This document shows, piece by piece, positions 49,001 through 60,194 of a DNA stretch of 64,000 bases. The DNA is from Malacoraja senta (lineage: Eukaryota). A program made the translations under genes and the position numbers. The DNA lies in contig CM075978.1 in the NCBI GenBank assembly GCA_038087875.1, positions 45,260,001 to 45,324,000 on the forward strand, read 5' to 3'. Under the pieces are notes generated by a model, which saw only the letters and a list, made by a program, of their open reading frames with translations, had not been told where the DNA came from and ran no database searches. Position 1 is the stretch's first letter; every line of letters begins with the position of its first letter.

Positions 49001-49401
49001 TAAAACTGGTGGGAGAACTGGGAAGGGGGAGGCGATGGAGAGAGGGAAAGCAAGGGTTATTTGAAGTTCCGCTGAGTTACTCCAGCATTTTATGTCTATC
49101 TTTGAGTCCAAATAAATCAGTGAAATTTCAAAGACAGCTAGCTCTCCCTTCCCCGAGCACAGTGGCAGTCAACACATCTTTTTTTTTAAAATGGATCAAC
49201 AACTCATCCTTGTAGTCGATTTAGTAGTCGTTAAAAATGTGCCAATGTATCATTTAAACAATCATTCTTTATGTGCAATTCCATAGAAAGATGCAGAACT
49301 GACAAGATGAGTATGGATTAGGAGCAGGAGTGGTGAATGAAGACAGGGAACAACAGAGGAGAATCATACTAATGATGATTAATGAATATTAGTTTGACTA
49401 A

Positions 49402-49449
49402 TATAGATGCTGCTGCACCCGCTGAGTTTCTCCAGCACTTTTGTCTACC
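49402..49449 (+). mobile_element. 48-bp Penelope-derived terminal insert with 14-bp TSD
   Basis: ATTAGTTTGACTAA at 49388-49401 and 49450-49463 flanking agatgctgctgcacccgctgagtttctccagcacttttgtctacc. Confidence 0.8.
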
Positions 49450-49657
49450 ATTAGTTTGACTAACTTGAGTGCCAATAAGCATTTATGCAACATTTTATAT
49501 CAAAGAAAATACATAGAAGAGGAAGGTCTCTAATGGAAAGAATAGGAAAGCAAACATTTGTTTCCACATTCAGCATCGTACTCTTAGCGCAATCTGAAAA
49601 TTACATACGAGGATTGGTCATTACATTCTTTATCCAGGAAACTAAATTCCAATTTAC

Positions 49658-49809
49658 CTGATGTGCTTGGGAAAAGTTTCCTCTCAGGATACAAGATATG
49701 AGAAGGGACTCTGGTGGAGCCAGCATCATAGGAAGTAGAAGATTACGATGGGGGAATTGAGCCTTAATCCCATGTTCATTTGTTGCAGTCAAATTTACAA
49801 CACCTCCAT
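49658..49809 (-). CDS. ZFYVE26: spastizin exon (~14)
   Basis: ...LLLPMMLAPPESLLISCILRGNFSQAHQ|gtaaat, 152 nt. Confidence 0.93.
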
Positions 49810-50520
49810 CTGTAGTGTTTAACATCAATAAGTATGAACTGAAACATGATTTTGGAAAATGCAAAAAGAAGCCAGTGGTATGTATATTTAAAAAAACATT
49901 CAACTGAACAACAAAAAAATTGATAAGTTTTATGCTTTGATGAACAGAAATTGTATTTCAGTTATGTACACTTAAATATGCTATCAATACTTTGTTGTAA
50001 CCGTTGTTAAAAGGTACTCTTGAGAAAATGTCATACACAACTCTTCCCTGCCACATCTAGTACCAAAACGAAGTATGCAACGTTTTCAAATTCATTTTGT
50101 CAGCGGACAGAGCAAGGATTCGAACACAGTGATAGGACACACTCTGAACAATTTCCTACTGATATTTTCATTAGGAAAATTGAAATTGGATAAATGTATT
50201 ATTCCTTGTTAGATATGGATGTCACTGGCAGGGCCAAGGTTTATTACTCATCCTAATTGTTCTTGAGAAGGTGGTTTTGAACTGCTGTATACCTCAAAAC
50301 AAATCACACAATAAACACAAAAAATTCTTGACAACTCAGTTCAATTTTATATCCAAGGTAGAAAAATTCAATGGTGAGGAAGAAACAGGCTTGGAAAATT
50401 ATGATATAAAATGTTTGATTGGCACTAAGATTAATCATGGGGTAGAAAAACATGGGATGGAATAAAATAGAAAACTGTCGATACTTATGCGGTACTCATA
50501 GGTGTCCTTAATCTACATTC

Positions 50521-50655
50521 NNNNNNNNNNNNNNNNNNNNNNNNNNNNNNNNNNNNNNNNNNNNNNNNNNNNNNNNNNNNNNNNNNNNNNNNNNNNNNNN
50601 NNNNNNNNNNNNNNNNNNNNNNNNNNNNNNNNNNNNNNNNNNNNNNNNNNNNNNN
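50521..50655. other. assembly gap (N run)
   Basis: Run of N. Confidence 1.
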
Positions 50656-51227
50656 TGTCTGCGTGTGTTGTTTTGTTCAGATCAATATATCGAGGAACCT
50701 CCAAGAGAACAGACTTTCATGGACTGCGTACTGTAAATTATCCATTCCACAATCTTGTGCGATATCCCTTAAGGAAGAGTGACCATTACATCATAGAATT
50801 CTTCATTGAATTGAAGTAATAGTCAGAAACTAGGGTGTTGAATCTGATTAAAGACACTACGAAAGTATAGAGCGAGTCGGCTATGATAATTTTGGAACTT
50901 GGCTATCACTGAAAGCAGAGGCCAATTAAATGCATTCAATGAGTAGAGAAATATATCACTTAAGCTGAAGGGATCAAGCAAAGTGGATAATCAGCCATGA
51001 TCATATTGAAAGATGGAACAGACCCAAAAATGCCAAAAGGACTGGTGCTGCTCTTATTTTACATGGTTTTTTAATGCTGGCATCCAATCAGACAGCATTC
51101 CAACTGTTGGCAAAAGATTATATGATTCAAACAACTCAACGAGGTGACAGCATTTATTTTGCTCATAAACAAAATAAAACTCAACTGCTGCGATCTTTAA
51201 ATTCTAAATCTGCTATCCATAACATAC

Positions 51228-51293
51228 CTGAGGTGCTGGTACTTAAATCACCACTCACACTCTCCACTGTCAATTGAGAATTAGAACTCTGTT
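51228..51293 (-). CDS. ZFYVE26: spastizin exon (~13)
   Basis: QSSNSQLTVESVSGDLSTSTS|gtatgt; 66 nt, phases 1/1. Confidence 0.85.
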
Positions 51294-51789
51294 CTGTTAA
51301 GACAGAAAATTAAGAGAGGAAATTGTTGAGAGTGAAAAATAATTGATAATAAATTAGGAGATACAGTATCTCAAATAAGACAAACCAAATTTTCATGTGA
51401 TAATGAACACTGCTATCCATAGATATTTTGCAAGCTTTTAAACAAGAGGCTCAATCTCATCTTTTATCTGATTCAGTACATCACTAGGAATCATAATAGT
51501 GTAGCACAAAAACACTGGAACTTTTCAAGCAGAAAGTATAAGGAAATATTCATACAGAAAGCAAACCTATGTGGGATTGAGAGGAGGTGATAAAAGGCTT
51601 ATTTTTTATATTTCAATATTAATTACACTCAGGAAAAGCCAAGACTTCCACTTGCAAAATTAATGTTTGTGCTACAAGTTTTACAAGCACGACTTACCAT
51701 ACTATTAAATATTAATTTCCATCGGAATGCAGTAGCACTATCGTTATCTGGAAGTGGGTATGTACAATTATTTCATGCTAATAAATAAA

Positions 51790-52112
51790 ACGCAAATGCT
51801 GGAAATACTCAGGTCAGGCAGCTTCTGTGGAAAGAGAATCTGAATGAAAATTTCAGTTCAATTAGCTCGAGCCGCTCTGATAGATACTGGAAAGACTGGC
51901 TATCTGAAATTGTTGAATTCGAGGTTCAGTCCTGAAAGCTGCAACATGTCTTGTTGAAAGATGCAATACCGTTCCTCATTGAGCTTCAATGAAAATATGA
52001 AAGAGTCCAAAGACAAAGTCAAGTAGGACAGGGATGGAAAATTAATGTGACAGGCAACTGGAACATTCTGGTCACCCTCATGGACTGTAGGACACCCTGC
52101 AATGTGCTTCAC
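51790..52112 (-). mobile_element. Penelope-like remnant (GIY-YIG C-terminus plus terminal repeat)
   Basis: PVACHINFPS...LKLNEERYCIFQQDMLQLSGLNLEFNNFR. Confidence 0.7.
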
Positions 52113-53070
52113 GTATTCAGTCCATTGTGGTTACTCTGAGGTTCTGTTCACCCTTTCACCTCAATCCTTCATTCTAACCTGTGGCATGATACACTATTCC
52201 AATAAAGCTTAAGATAAGTCTAGTTTAGTTTCGAGATACAGCATGAAAACGGGCCTTTTGTGCAGAATGCATGGTGCTATTTTCCAGTTTGCACGTGGCC
52301 TCACTCTGGCAATGTAGGAACCCCAGGACCAAAAAGACAGTATGGGAATGGGAAGAGAAAACCAGTCATCCCAGTTAGTGTAAAAAATGACCACTTCTGA
52401 TGAAAAATCATTAATATGCAACACTATCTTGGTTATTTTTCTCTCCCATATTATCTTTTGTATAAAATTTCCAATAACTGCAGTCTTCAGTAACTTATAG
52501 GTCCAGCATTGATTTTCTCTCTCTCCTCTGTTCTCATTCACCTGCCTCTACTCACCGCTTCTCCAGACACATAAGTTACAATCCAGCAAGCCTTTTCTCA
52601 CCACTTAATCATTCAGTCTCCCTTGGACTCCGACCTAGCAGACATTTCCTTCTATGCCTCTACTGTTTTTTTTCCTACAATTTAAACTTGCTTGCTTTCT
52701 AACTTTTCCAAGTTCTGATGGAAGTTCCACAACCGTCATTATTTCCATTTTTCTCTCTCTACATCCTATCAAATATTTCCAGGATTTTCTGTTTTATTTC
52801 AAAATTCAAGCAACTACAAGTTTTTTGTTTTGAAACCTTCTCACATTTCAATGCAACTTCTGTAGGAATGGTTGGGTTATAAATGTCTGGGAGAGAAACA
52901 AAGGGCCGTGGACATTAATGTAGAATTTCTGTCTAATTGTGCACGTGTGTATGCCTGAAATCAAGATCATATTTACTGAATAATAAAACACTGTAAGTCT
53001 AACCATCAATGTCAAAGTAAAAAACTGTTCAACATCTTTAAAGGAATATAGGAAATATTTCTTTTCTTAC

Positions 53071-53163
53071 CAATCCTGTTCCTTTGAGCTTTGTTTCTTC
53101 TCTTCAATGTAGAGTGCTTTGACAGAGATGGATGCTTTTTAGTGAAGGACCGTAATTCTCCTT
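53071..53163 (-). CDS. ZFYVE26: spastizin exon (~12)
   Basis: ttattttgcag|GELRSFTKKHPSLSKHSTLKRRNKAQRNRI|gtaag; basic exon, phases 1/1. Confidence 0.82.
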
Positions 53164-53420
53164 CTGCAAAATAAAAAAGTATTACAGATAGATCTAACTT
53201 ATGACCAACAGCACCAGCAACAACACATGTTTATAAACCCATTTTAGCACCATGAGCCGTCCCCAAAAAGAAATATAAACTTTGAGGTAATGAACAATTT
53301 AGTAATAAAAATATGGTAGATCGAGTTTCTTCATCAAAGCAGTACTTTTTCTTCCCTCGAAAATATCAACTTGCAGCAGTAAAGTTCTAAAGTACTCTTT
53401 TAAAACCAAACTTAAAACCA

Positions 53421-54645
53421 ACCCTCGCTAGCATGTAGCACAGTGAGTAATCCCTATATATATACAACCCAAGTGATCCTACATTTGTAATCTTCTGCCT
53501 AACTATCTATATTAACTTTGCAGAACTTCATCCCTTTTTATTCCAGACCTTTAAAAAAAAAGCAATTAGTTGTATTTTAACTGTCAATTTTCCAGATGTT
53601 GTAACAATCACTGAGAAATCGTAGGCATTAGAACAAAATTGAGAAATCATAGACATTAGAACAAAATCCAATTTTCCTGTGTCTTCCAGTTTTTGAAGGC
53701 TCTAGCCAAAATCTAGTCATCCTTATGGGCCTGTTCCACTTAGGCGATTTTTCAGCGGACTGCCGGCAACGGTCAAGTTGCCGGCAGTCGCCTGAAAAAA
53801 CAGGAACTGTCAGAGTGGAACACACACACACACACACAAACACATCGCAAAGGCGGGGCCAGGGCAAGCGGGGGGGAGCACTGTCTGAAATTCACATGGT
53901 GCAAAGCCAAGGTGATACAGACACACACCGCAATAAAAAGGAAGGTTGGCGCTGTAATTAAGATGGCTACCACACTGTACGGTAAGTCCTTTAAAAGAGG
54001 GGGGAGAAGGGGTGGAGACAACTTTTAAGAAGCCAGACAACTTTTAATAAGCCAGAGATACACAGCTGTGAAGTTCGGCGGACATTTAACATTACCGGTC
54101 GGTTATCCTTGGTTCTGAAAACTCCTGCTTATGTTTTTTCCCCCCAATGAGCCAATGAAAATGACCGGACAGCAAAGGCGATTAACTAAAACTACCTACA
54201 ACTACCTCGACTACCTACAACTACATGGCGGCCCCACTACAACTGCACCTACGACTACAGGATTATCGATTATCTCCATGGCGACCAATTTTTGTTCGTA
54301 GAAAATTTGTCAACATGTTGAAACATTTACAGCGACCATACTGAGGCCGCGACTAGCTCCCAGAATACGGGAACTCCTCGTGACCATAAAGGAAACTCAC
54401 CCGACACCACCAGCGAACATGTGGCGACCATGTGGCGAGCGCAGAGTCTCCTGCACTCGCCTAAAAAGTTGCCTAAGTGGGACAGGCCCATTAGTCTTAA
54501 GGCAGGAGGCAGAGGACTAAAGAATTACAAATTCTGTCTCTAAACTTTACATCACTGTTCAAAAAAAGGGATAAACCTTACAAATGTAGGATCACTTGGG
54601 TTGTATATTTTGGGATTACTCCCTGTGCCACATGGTAGCGAGGGT
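53421..54645. mobile_element. non-autonomous TIR element with ~70-bp inverted repeats (hosts a Harbinger MITE)
   Basis: accctcgcta...tacaacccaagtgatcctacatttgtaa (53421-53490) is the reverse complement of 54578-54645. Confidence 0.8.
53726..54490. mobile_element. PIF/Harbinger-type MITE
   Basis: TIR tgggcctgt(t/c)ccacttaggc; TTA TSD; TIR related to 39613-40168. Confidence 0.9.
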
Positions 54646-54779
54646 ACAAATAGAATAGGACAGATTAATGCATAGCTAAAAAACTGGTCAGAGTGAGGCC
54701 TTTAAGTGCTAGGATCAATGGGATTGCTTCCTGAAGAAGGACTGGTTACATTTAAACTGGAAGGGTACCAACATCCCTG

Positions 54780-54990
54780 AAGGTAGATACAAGGAACTGC
54801 AGATGGTGGCAGAAAACAAGACAAGTGCTGGAGTAACTCAACTGGTCAGGTAGCATCCAACTCCGGAGAACATGGATAGGTGACATTTTTGGGTCAGGGT
54901 CTTTCTTCAGACAGATTGTTGAGGTTTGTGGGGGGGTGAGAAAAAAGCTAGAAGATAGGAGGGGTAGGACAGAGCTTGGCAATGAACTGA
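54780..54990 (-). mobile_element. Penelope-derived terminal fragment
   Basis: acaaggaactgcagatgg...gtgctggagtaactca...tttcttcagacag. Confidence 0.7.
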
Positions 54991-55190
54991 GTGGGACACT
55001 TAAAAATAAAACGGCTCCAACAATGATTACCAATCCGAATATCCTTAAGTAATCTAAAAAAAACCCTGAAATTGTGTTCTTTAACCAATATTTTAACACG
55101 TCATTTTAGGACTGATAACTTTTGAAAGTAGACATGCCCGGTTCAGACTTTGCTATTTTCATGTATATTTAATACTGTCAAGATTCTTAC

Positions 55191-55898
55191 CAGCTGTGTT
55201 ATTGCTTGTTATTATTTTGTATCGCCATTGGGCTTCATAGATATACCTGGAAAGCTGAGCTAACCGGCTTCCAAAGGAATCTGCACCAATCGAGCAGTTC
55301 AGGCACTCCACTAGTTGGATATCATCTTCAGATACATTGTCACTTGTCCAAGGAATGTGGCATTTCATTGCCTCCAGATGACCTTTTATCAACTCAAGAA
55401 ATATATTCATTGTTATTGGATTTACTAAAAAGTCATTACTGCAGCTGGTGCTGCTCATAAAATGATTCAGATCTATATCACCCAGCTGTTTTGTAGAGGA
55501 ATCATTTTCTGCAAACTTACAAGACGTTGAGAATATATTCTTAAACTTGTGCGTGCAGTCATCCTGGACCATCCCAGAGCCCTTCTGTGAGGCATTCTTT
55601 TCTAAACCAGTATTTGAATGCTCACAATTTGAGACGTTATAATCCACAAGTTGTACAGTGGATTCCAGCTGTCCTACATTGAACCCAAATTCCTTCACCA
55701 CTTGTATTTGTTCCGTGTCTCCCAGTTCTTCAAGACAAAATTGGTGTTCTAGTCCTGCTTTATCACCAATTAGGTCATTATAAGACAAGAACAATAATGA
55801 GAAGATATTTTCCAACACCTCCAGACAGAAAGGAGCAGGAAGCACTTGCAGAAACTCCTGGCATTTGGATAAATACAACTTGAAAATGGCAGAGCCAC
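55191..55898 (-). CDS. ZFYVE26: spastizin exon (~11)
   Basis: GSAIFKLYLSKCQEFL...CLEVLENIFSLLFLS...RYIYEAQWRYKIITSN; 708 nt, AG/GT bounded. Confidence 0.95.
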
Positions 55899-56139
55899 CT
55901 GTTTGAATAAATAAAGATTGTGTTATTACTTAAAACTAGGTGTGCTCCATGTTGCTACTAAACTTTTCAACATCTGACATTCATTTCAGTCTGACAGATT
56001 ATTGAGGTGCTTCTTCTACTAAACTCAAGTCACACAAATTGAGGTGGTGTAACATTAGTTACTTGATTTCTACTGAATTCAGTCTGAGTCGCAGCACATG
56101 CAGCGATGAAACGGACAGGGGAGAAAACAAGATAAATAA

Positions 56140-56315
56140 AAATCAAACTGCTGGGGGAACTCAATGGGACAGGCAGCATCTGTGGAGGCAGAGTGATAGT
56201 TGCTGATTCAGGTTGAAACCCTACATCATGAGTTCTGCTTCCACAAATGCTGCCTGACCTGCCAAGTTCCACGAACAGTTTGCTCCAGATTCCAGCATCT
56301 GCAATGTCGTGCCTC
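56140..56315. mobile_element. fold-back Penelope-derived fragment
   Basis: caaactgctgg...caggcagcatctgtggaggcagag / tctgcttccacaaatgctgcctg...cagtttg. Confidence 0.7.
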
Positions 56316-56324
56316 AAAATAAAA

Positions 56325-56552
56325 GCACCCAGAGAGTTGTGAATTTGTGGAATTCTCTGCCACAGAAGGCAGTAGAGGCCAATTCACTGGAAGTATTTAA
56401 AAGAGAGTTAGACAGAGCTATAGGGGCCAGCAGAATCAAGGGATATGGGAAGAAGGCAGGCATTGATTGTGGATGATCAGCGATGATCACAATGAATGGC
56501 GGTGCTGGCTCAAAGGGCCAAATGGCCACCTCCTGCACCTATTTCTATGTTT
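56325..56552 (+). mobile_element. CR1 3' end (same family as 382-3377)
   Basis: cacccagagagttgtgaatttgtggaattctctgcc...cctgcacctatttctatgttt. Confidence 0.9.
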
Positions 56553-57144
56553 CAACCAAATTGTCCATTGACCTTGAGGTCAATGCTCTCCCGTGGTCAC
56601 TTAGTTGAGTGGTTGGTAGCCCTAATAAACCAGATTCCACTCACAAATCAGTAACTTCAACATAAAAATATTTGGCAAATTAAAAAGTAAAGAAGAAAGA
56701 AAAACTGAGCATTGATTGACAAGCTTTTAATCTAAAGCAAACTCTTACAAGTAAAAGTTGAAACCTAATATATCACAATATCTTTGAATTTATTATTTTA
56801 AATTGGAAAATAATGACTGAATTATAGTAATAGAATAGCATAAATTGTATAACAACCCAATTAGTGCAAATTATGGTGGCACATTGAAACACAAACATGC
56901 TGGCGGTTGTATATGCGGCAACATACACTTGTAATTGTCGCTCAAGAGGACAAGAACCAATGGCACCAACTGGACACAAAAGATCGCTATGATTAATGAA
57001 GATAACGTACAAAACTAAAATTTAACATTTTCAAAAGAATAATTTAAATATATCTAGGCTAATTTTTAAACTACATGAACTTCCAGACGAGAAAGAAAAG
57101 ATGGATTGAAAGATATTGCCTATTACCAGTGGCTTTATATTTAC

Positions 57145-57336
57145 CTTGACTACCAGATTGATCCTTTTCAATCACAGCATCTTTAACAGCTGCATCCAAC
57201 GCCCAATATGGACACTCTTTACATGAAGATGGCTGGTGTGCGTTTATACAGAGTGCATATATGGCATATTTAATAGCACACAATGCCTGATACAATGTCA
57301 CATTTCGCCTCTGCGTCATGCCCAGACATCTTGCGC
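57145..57336 (-). CDS. ZFYVE26: spastizin exon (~10)
   Basis: ARCLGMTQRRNVTLYQALCAIKYAIYALCINAHQ...; AG/GT bounded, 192 nt. Confidence 0.93.
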
Positions 57337-58720
57337 CTAACATACCAAAAAGAGACAAGTAATGCAAAGGAAACAAATATTTTACAAAGAGATATTTATA
57401 TTGGTGAACTTATCCACTCAGAATAAATAATTATCTAAACCATCTAACTCAACATCAAGAAAAAAAAATTACGTTTTTTTCAGGTATGAGTTCCCATTAA
57501 CAAAAAAATCTCAAATGGTTTGCTGTATTGTTTTGCATTTACTCCTGTAAATTAGGCTACGAAGATCAATGGTCAGAGCTGATGCTGTAGAGAACTTACA
57601 CGCAGATAGAAAATTGCATCACCAAACACAAATTCCTGACTGAGAAATATGACACATGAAGAAGACAGCTCACCACTCTTGTACATGTCCTAATGAACAT
57701 GGTGGAGCAGATTTATTATGGTCTGCCTTTACTTTTAGCCGAGTAGGAATGTATAAAACTCAGGAAGAAATTTCATCGTTAAAAAGATAAAGTACATCTC
57801 TATTCAGTTTCTCAAAAAAAATCTTTCAACCAGGTGTAACTGCAAATTGCTTTCTGAAATCATTACCCATCAAACTTCAAGAATTAAGTAGACAAGTATT
57901 GCAAATTTGAAATGAAAGAAAATGACAGAATCTCTCAGCAAGACAAGCCAACACCAAGGAGGAGAAAAAGAGAGCGACCAATTCAGATCTATGAGCTCAC
58001 ATCCAAATTGTGAATACACCAAGAGATAAACAGATTTTAATATGGAGTAAAAGGAAGTCTGTGATAGGGTATGAGGAAGAGCAAACTATATAGCAATAAT
58101 ATAGCAAAAATAACTAGAAACAGTGTACATGCAGAATGATTATTGGAGTTACTGAAGAAATGCCAGAAATCTGAAACAATGTTACTGGAAATGCTTATCA
58201 TGTGAAATCAATAAACTCAACTTTAAGTCCTGAAGGCTGCATTGTGCCTTGCCAGAATACGAGATGAATTTACATTGTGCAATGTGGGAATAGTGTAGGA
58301 GGCCAGTTGTATTCAACAAAGTTATGCACTGAAAAATTCCATCATTTTCTACTCCATATTTCCCCAAAGTTCTTGAACAATTTCGATCATTTACACCTCT
58401 ACTAGGCTTTTAATGCATTGCACTACCACTTTATTCTTGTCATTTAATCTTTTCTATCTTCCATGCCTCCACAGATCTTCCCTTTTATTTTTCCTCATCA
58501 TTTCCTCTGCATCCTAAAACCCTGTAACTCTCTAATTGTTCCGAGCTCTGATGAATCTGAACAATTTACTCTGTTTCTCTTGCCAAATCCGATGCCTAAT
58601 CTGCTGAGTACTCCCAAACGTTTTCTGTTCTTTAATTACACATTTGCATTCAACACAGTACTTGAGATTAACGCCACAGAAATGCCTTCTAACAATTCAG
58701 AATAACCAAAAGAAACTAAC

Positions 58721-58884
58721 AATTAACATCACCCTTATCATTAGCAGATTGTTTCTGGAGTAAATCAATGACATCTTCCGCATTCAGTGCAGGTAGGTTG
58801 GTAAAATGATGCAGACTATACAAAGCAGAATGGGAATCCAAACTGTGCAGGTGATCAATAAATTTCTTCTCAGGAATGTAGTAT
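58721..58884 (-). CDS. ZFYVE26: spastizin exon (~9)
   Basis: YYIPEKKFIDHLHSLDSHSALYSLHHFTNLPALNAEDVIDLLQK...; donor GTTAGT (an alternative in-phase GTGATG donor 12 nt earlier would end the exon at 58733). Confidence 0.88.
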
Positions 58885-59295
58885 CTAAGAAATATATTTT
58901 AAAAAAGAACAGGAACACGAATCAAGACACATATCTTTGCGAAACAAACATGACAATCAGGTCAATTAAAATCTGCATGAGAAATTGGCCCTATAATTGG
59001 AGTGTTACTTTCTCTTTGTACCTGTACATTACAGTACTTATGCATACAACCCGACCACCACGGGTGAACAAAGGAGGAAGATGACTGAATATCACAGTGA
59101 GAAAAGTTGATTCCACTGTGGTGGATGTTTATGTTAAATTGATTGTGTATTGCATTCTTTTTACTTGTATGGCTGTATGGTAACTCAAATATCACTGTAC
59201 CTCAATTAGTGCGTGTGACAATAAATGTGAACTTGAACTTGAAACACCCCAGGGGTAGAGTGACGTGATGGGGAAAATAATAACAAGGTCTTTAC

Positions 59296-59384
59296 CTGTT
59301 TTCTTTTAAACACCACTCAAGCACCTCAATCTGAGAAGACAGTCCAGAACAGAAGTTGTGCAGAACAGCATCACAATACAAATC
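59296..59384 (-). CDS. ZFYVE26: spastizin exon (~8)
   Basis: ttcttttag|DLYCDAVLHNFCSGLSSQIEVLEWCLKEN|gtaaag, 89 nt. Confidence 0.92.
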
Positions 59385-59848
59385 CTAAAAGAACATCAAA
59401 ATGTACGTGAGCAGTTTATTTACAAACCTGCACTATAATGGCTCTTGAAATACAATCAAGGTAAGTTGTATTGTTTTGCCAATTTCAAATTATTCCGCAA
59501 TAAGCCAGTTCGGTATTCCAAAATACCCAAGGAATCATGGGATTTTTCAAAGGTTATTCGAGAATTTAAAAAAACGAACGGGATGCCTGGTAGCGGGGGA
59601 GAGCAGGGTGTAACAGCGAGAGAGAGGGGGTTGATGCGAGTGGGAGACAGGGAGAGACGGTGAGAGGTGGGGGAAGAGAGGTTTCAGTTAGACAGACAAC
59701 CACTGGTAAAGCCATGGCTCGTTGCTTCTAGGAGTCGAGAAAATGTCCTCAATCGAGAGAATACAACTTCAGAACCCCCTCGTCTCGACCGCGCTGGAGA
59801 TTTCCGCGGGCGCAAGGAACAAATGACCTAAAGTTTGCATTGAGTGAA

Positions 59849-60194
59849 CTGAGTGTTCTTACTGTCCTCGTCGTACAACAATGTTTTGTGAGAGTGGTTG
59901 GTCCCAGGATCGAGGAGTCAGCGCACAACAGGTGAGCGGGCCGTGGTAGCTGGTGCCTCTCCGCTCGCCGCTGGAAGAACTGACACCTCTACTCCCCGGG
60001 TCGGGCGCTGCCTCCTCGACCCCATTGCACGGCGGCGGCCGACTAGGATTCCAGAGCATCGCCGATGCCTCACATCAGTTCCTGATCCCGCGCCGCCTGT
60101 CCGGATAATGTGACCGACGTTGGTTGAGCTGAAGCTGGGATCCAACCACTCTCACAAAACGCCGGTGTATGGCGAGGACGTTAAGAACTCTCAG
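59849..60194. mobile_element. MITE-like element with ~60-bp imperfect TIRs, superfamily unassigned
   Basis: ctgagtgttctta...gttttgtgagagtggttgg-tcccag vs ctgggatccaaccactctcacaaaac...taagaactctcag. Confidence 0.8.

Larger units (their letters stand above)
48553..49105 (-). mobile_element. Penelope-derived element with inverted ends, interrupted by a MITE
   Basis: Left arm gacacaaaatgctggagtaattcagcgg, right arm ccgctgagttactccagcattttatgtc; intact hammerhead core at 48617-48652. Confidence 0.85.
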
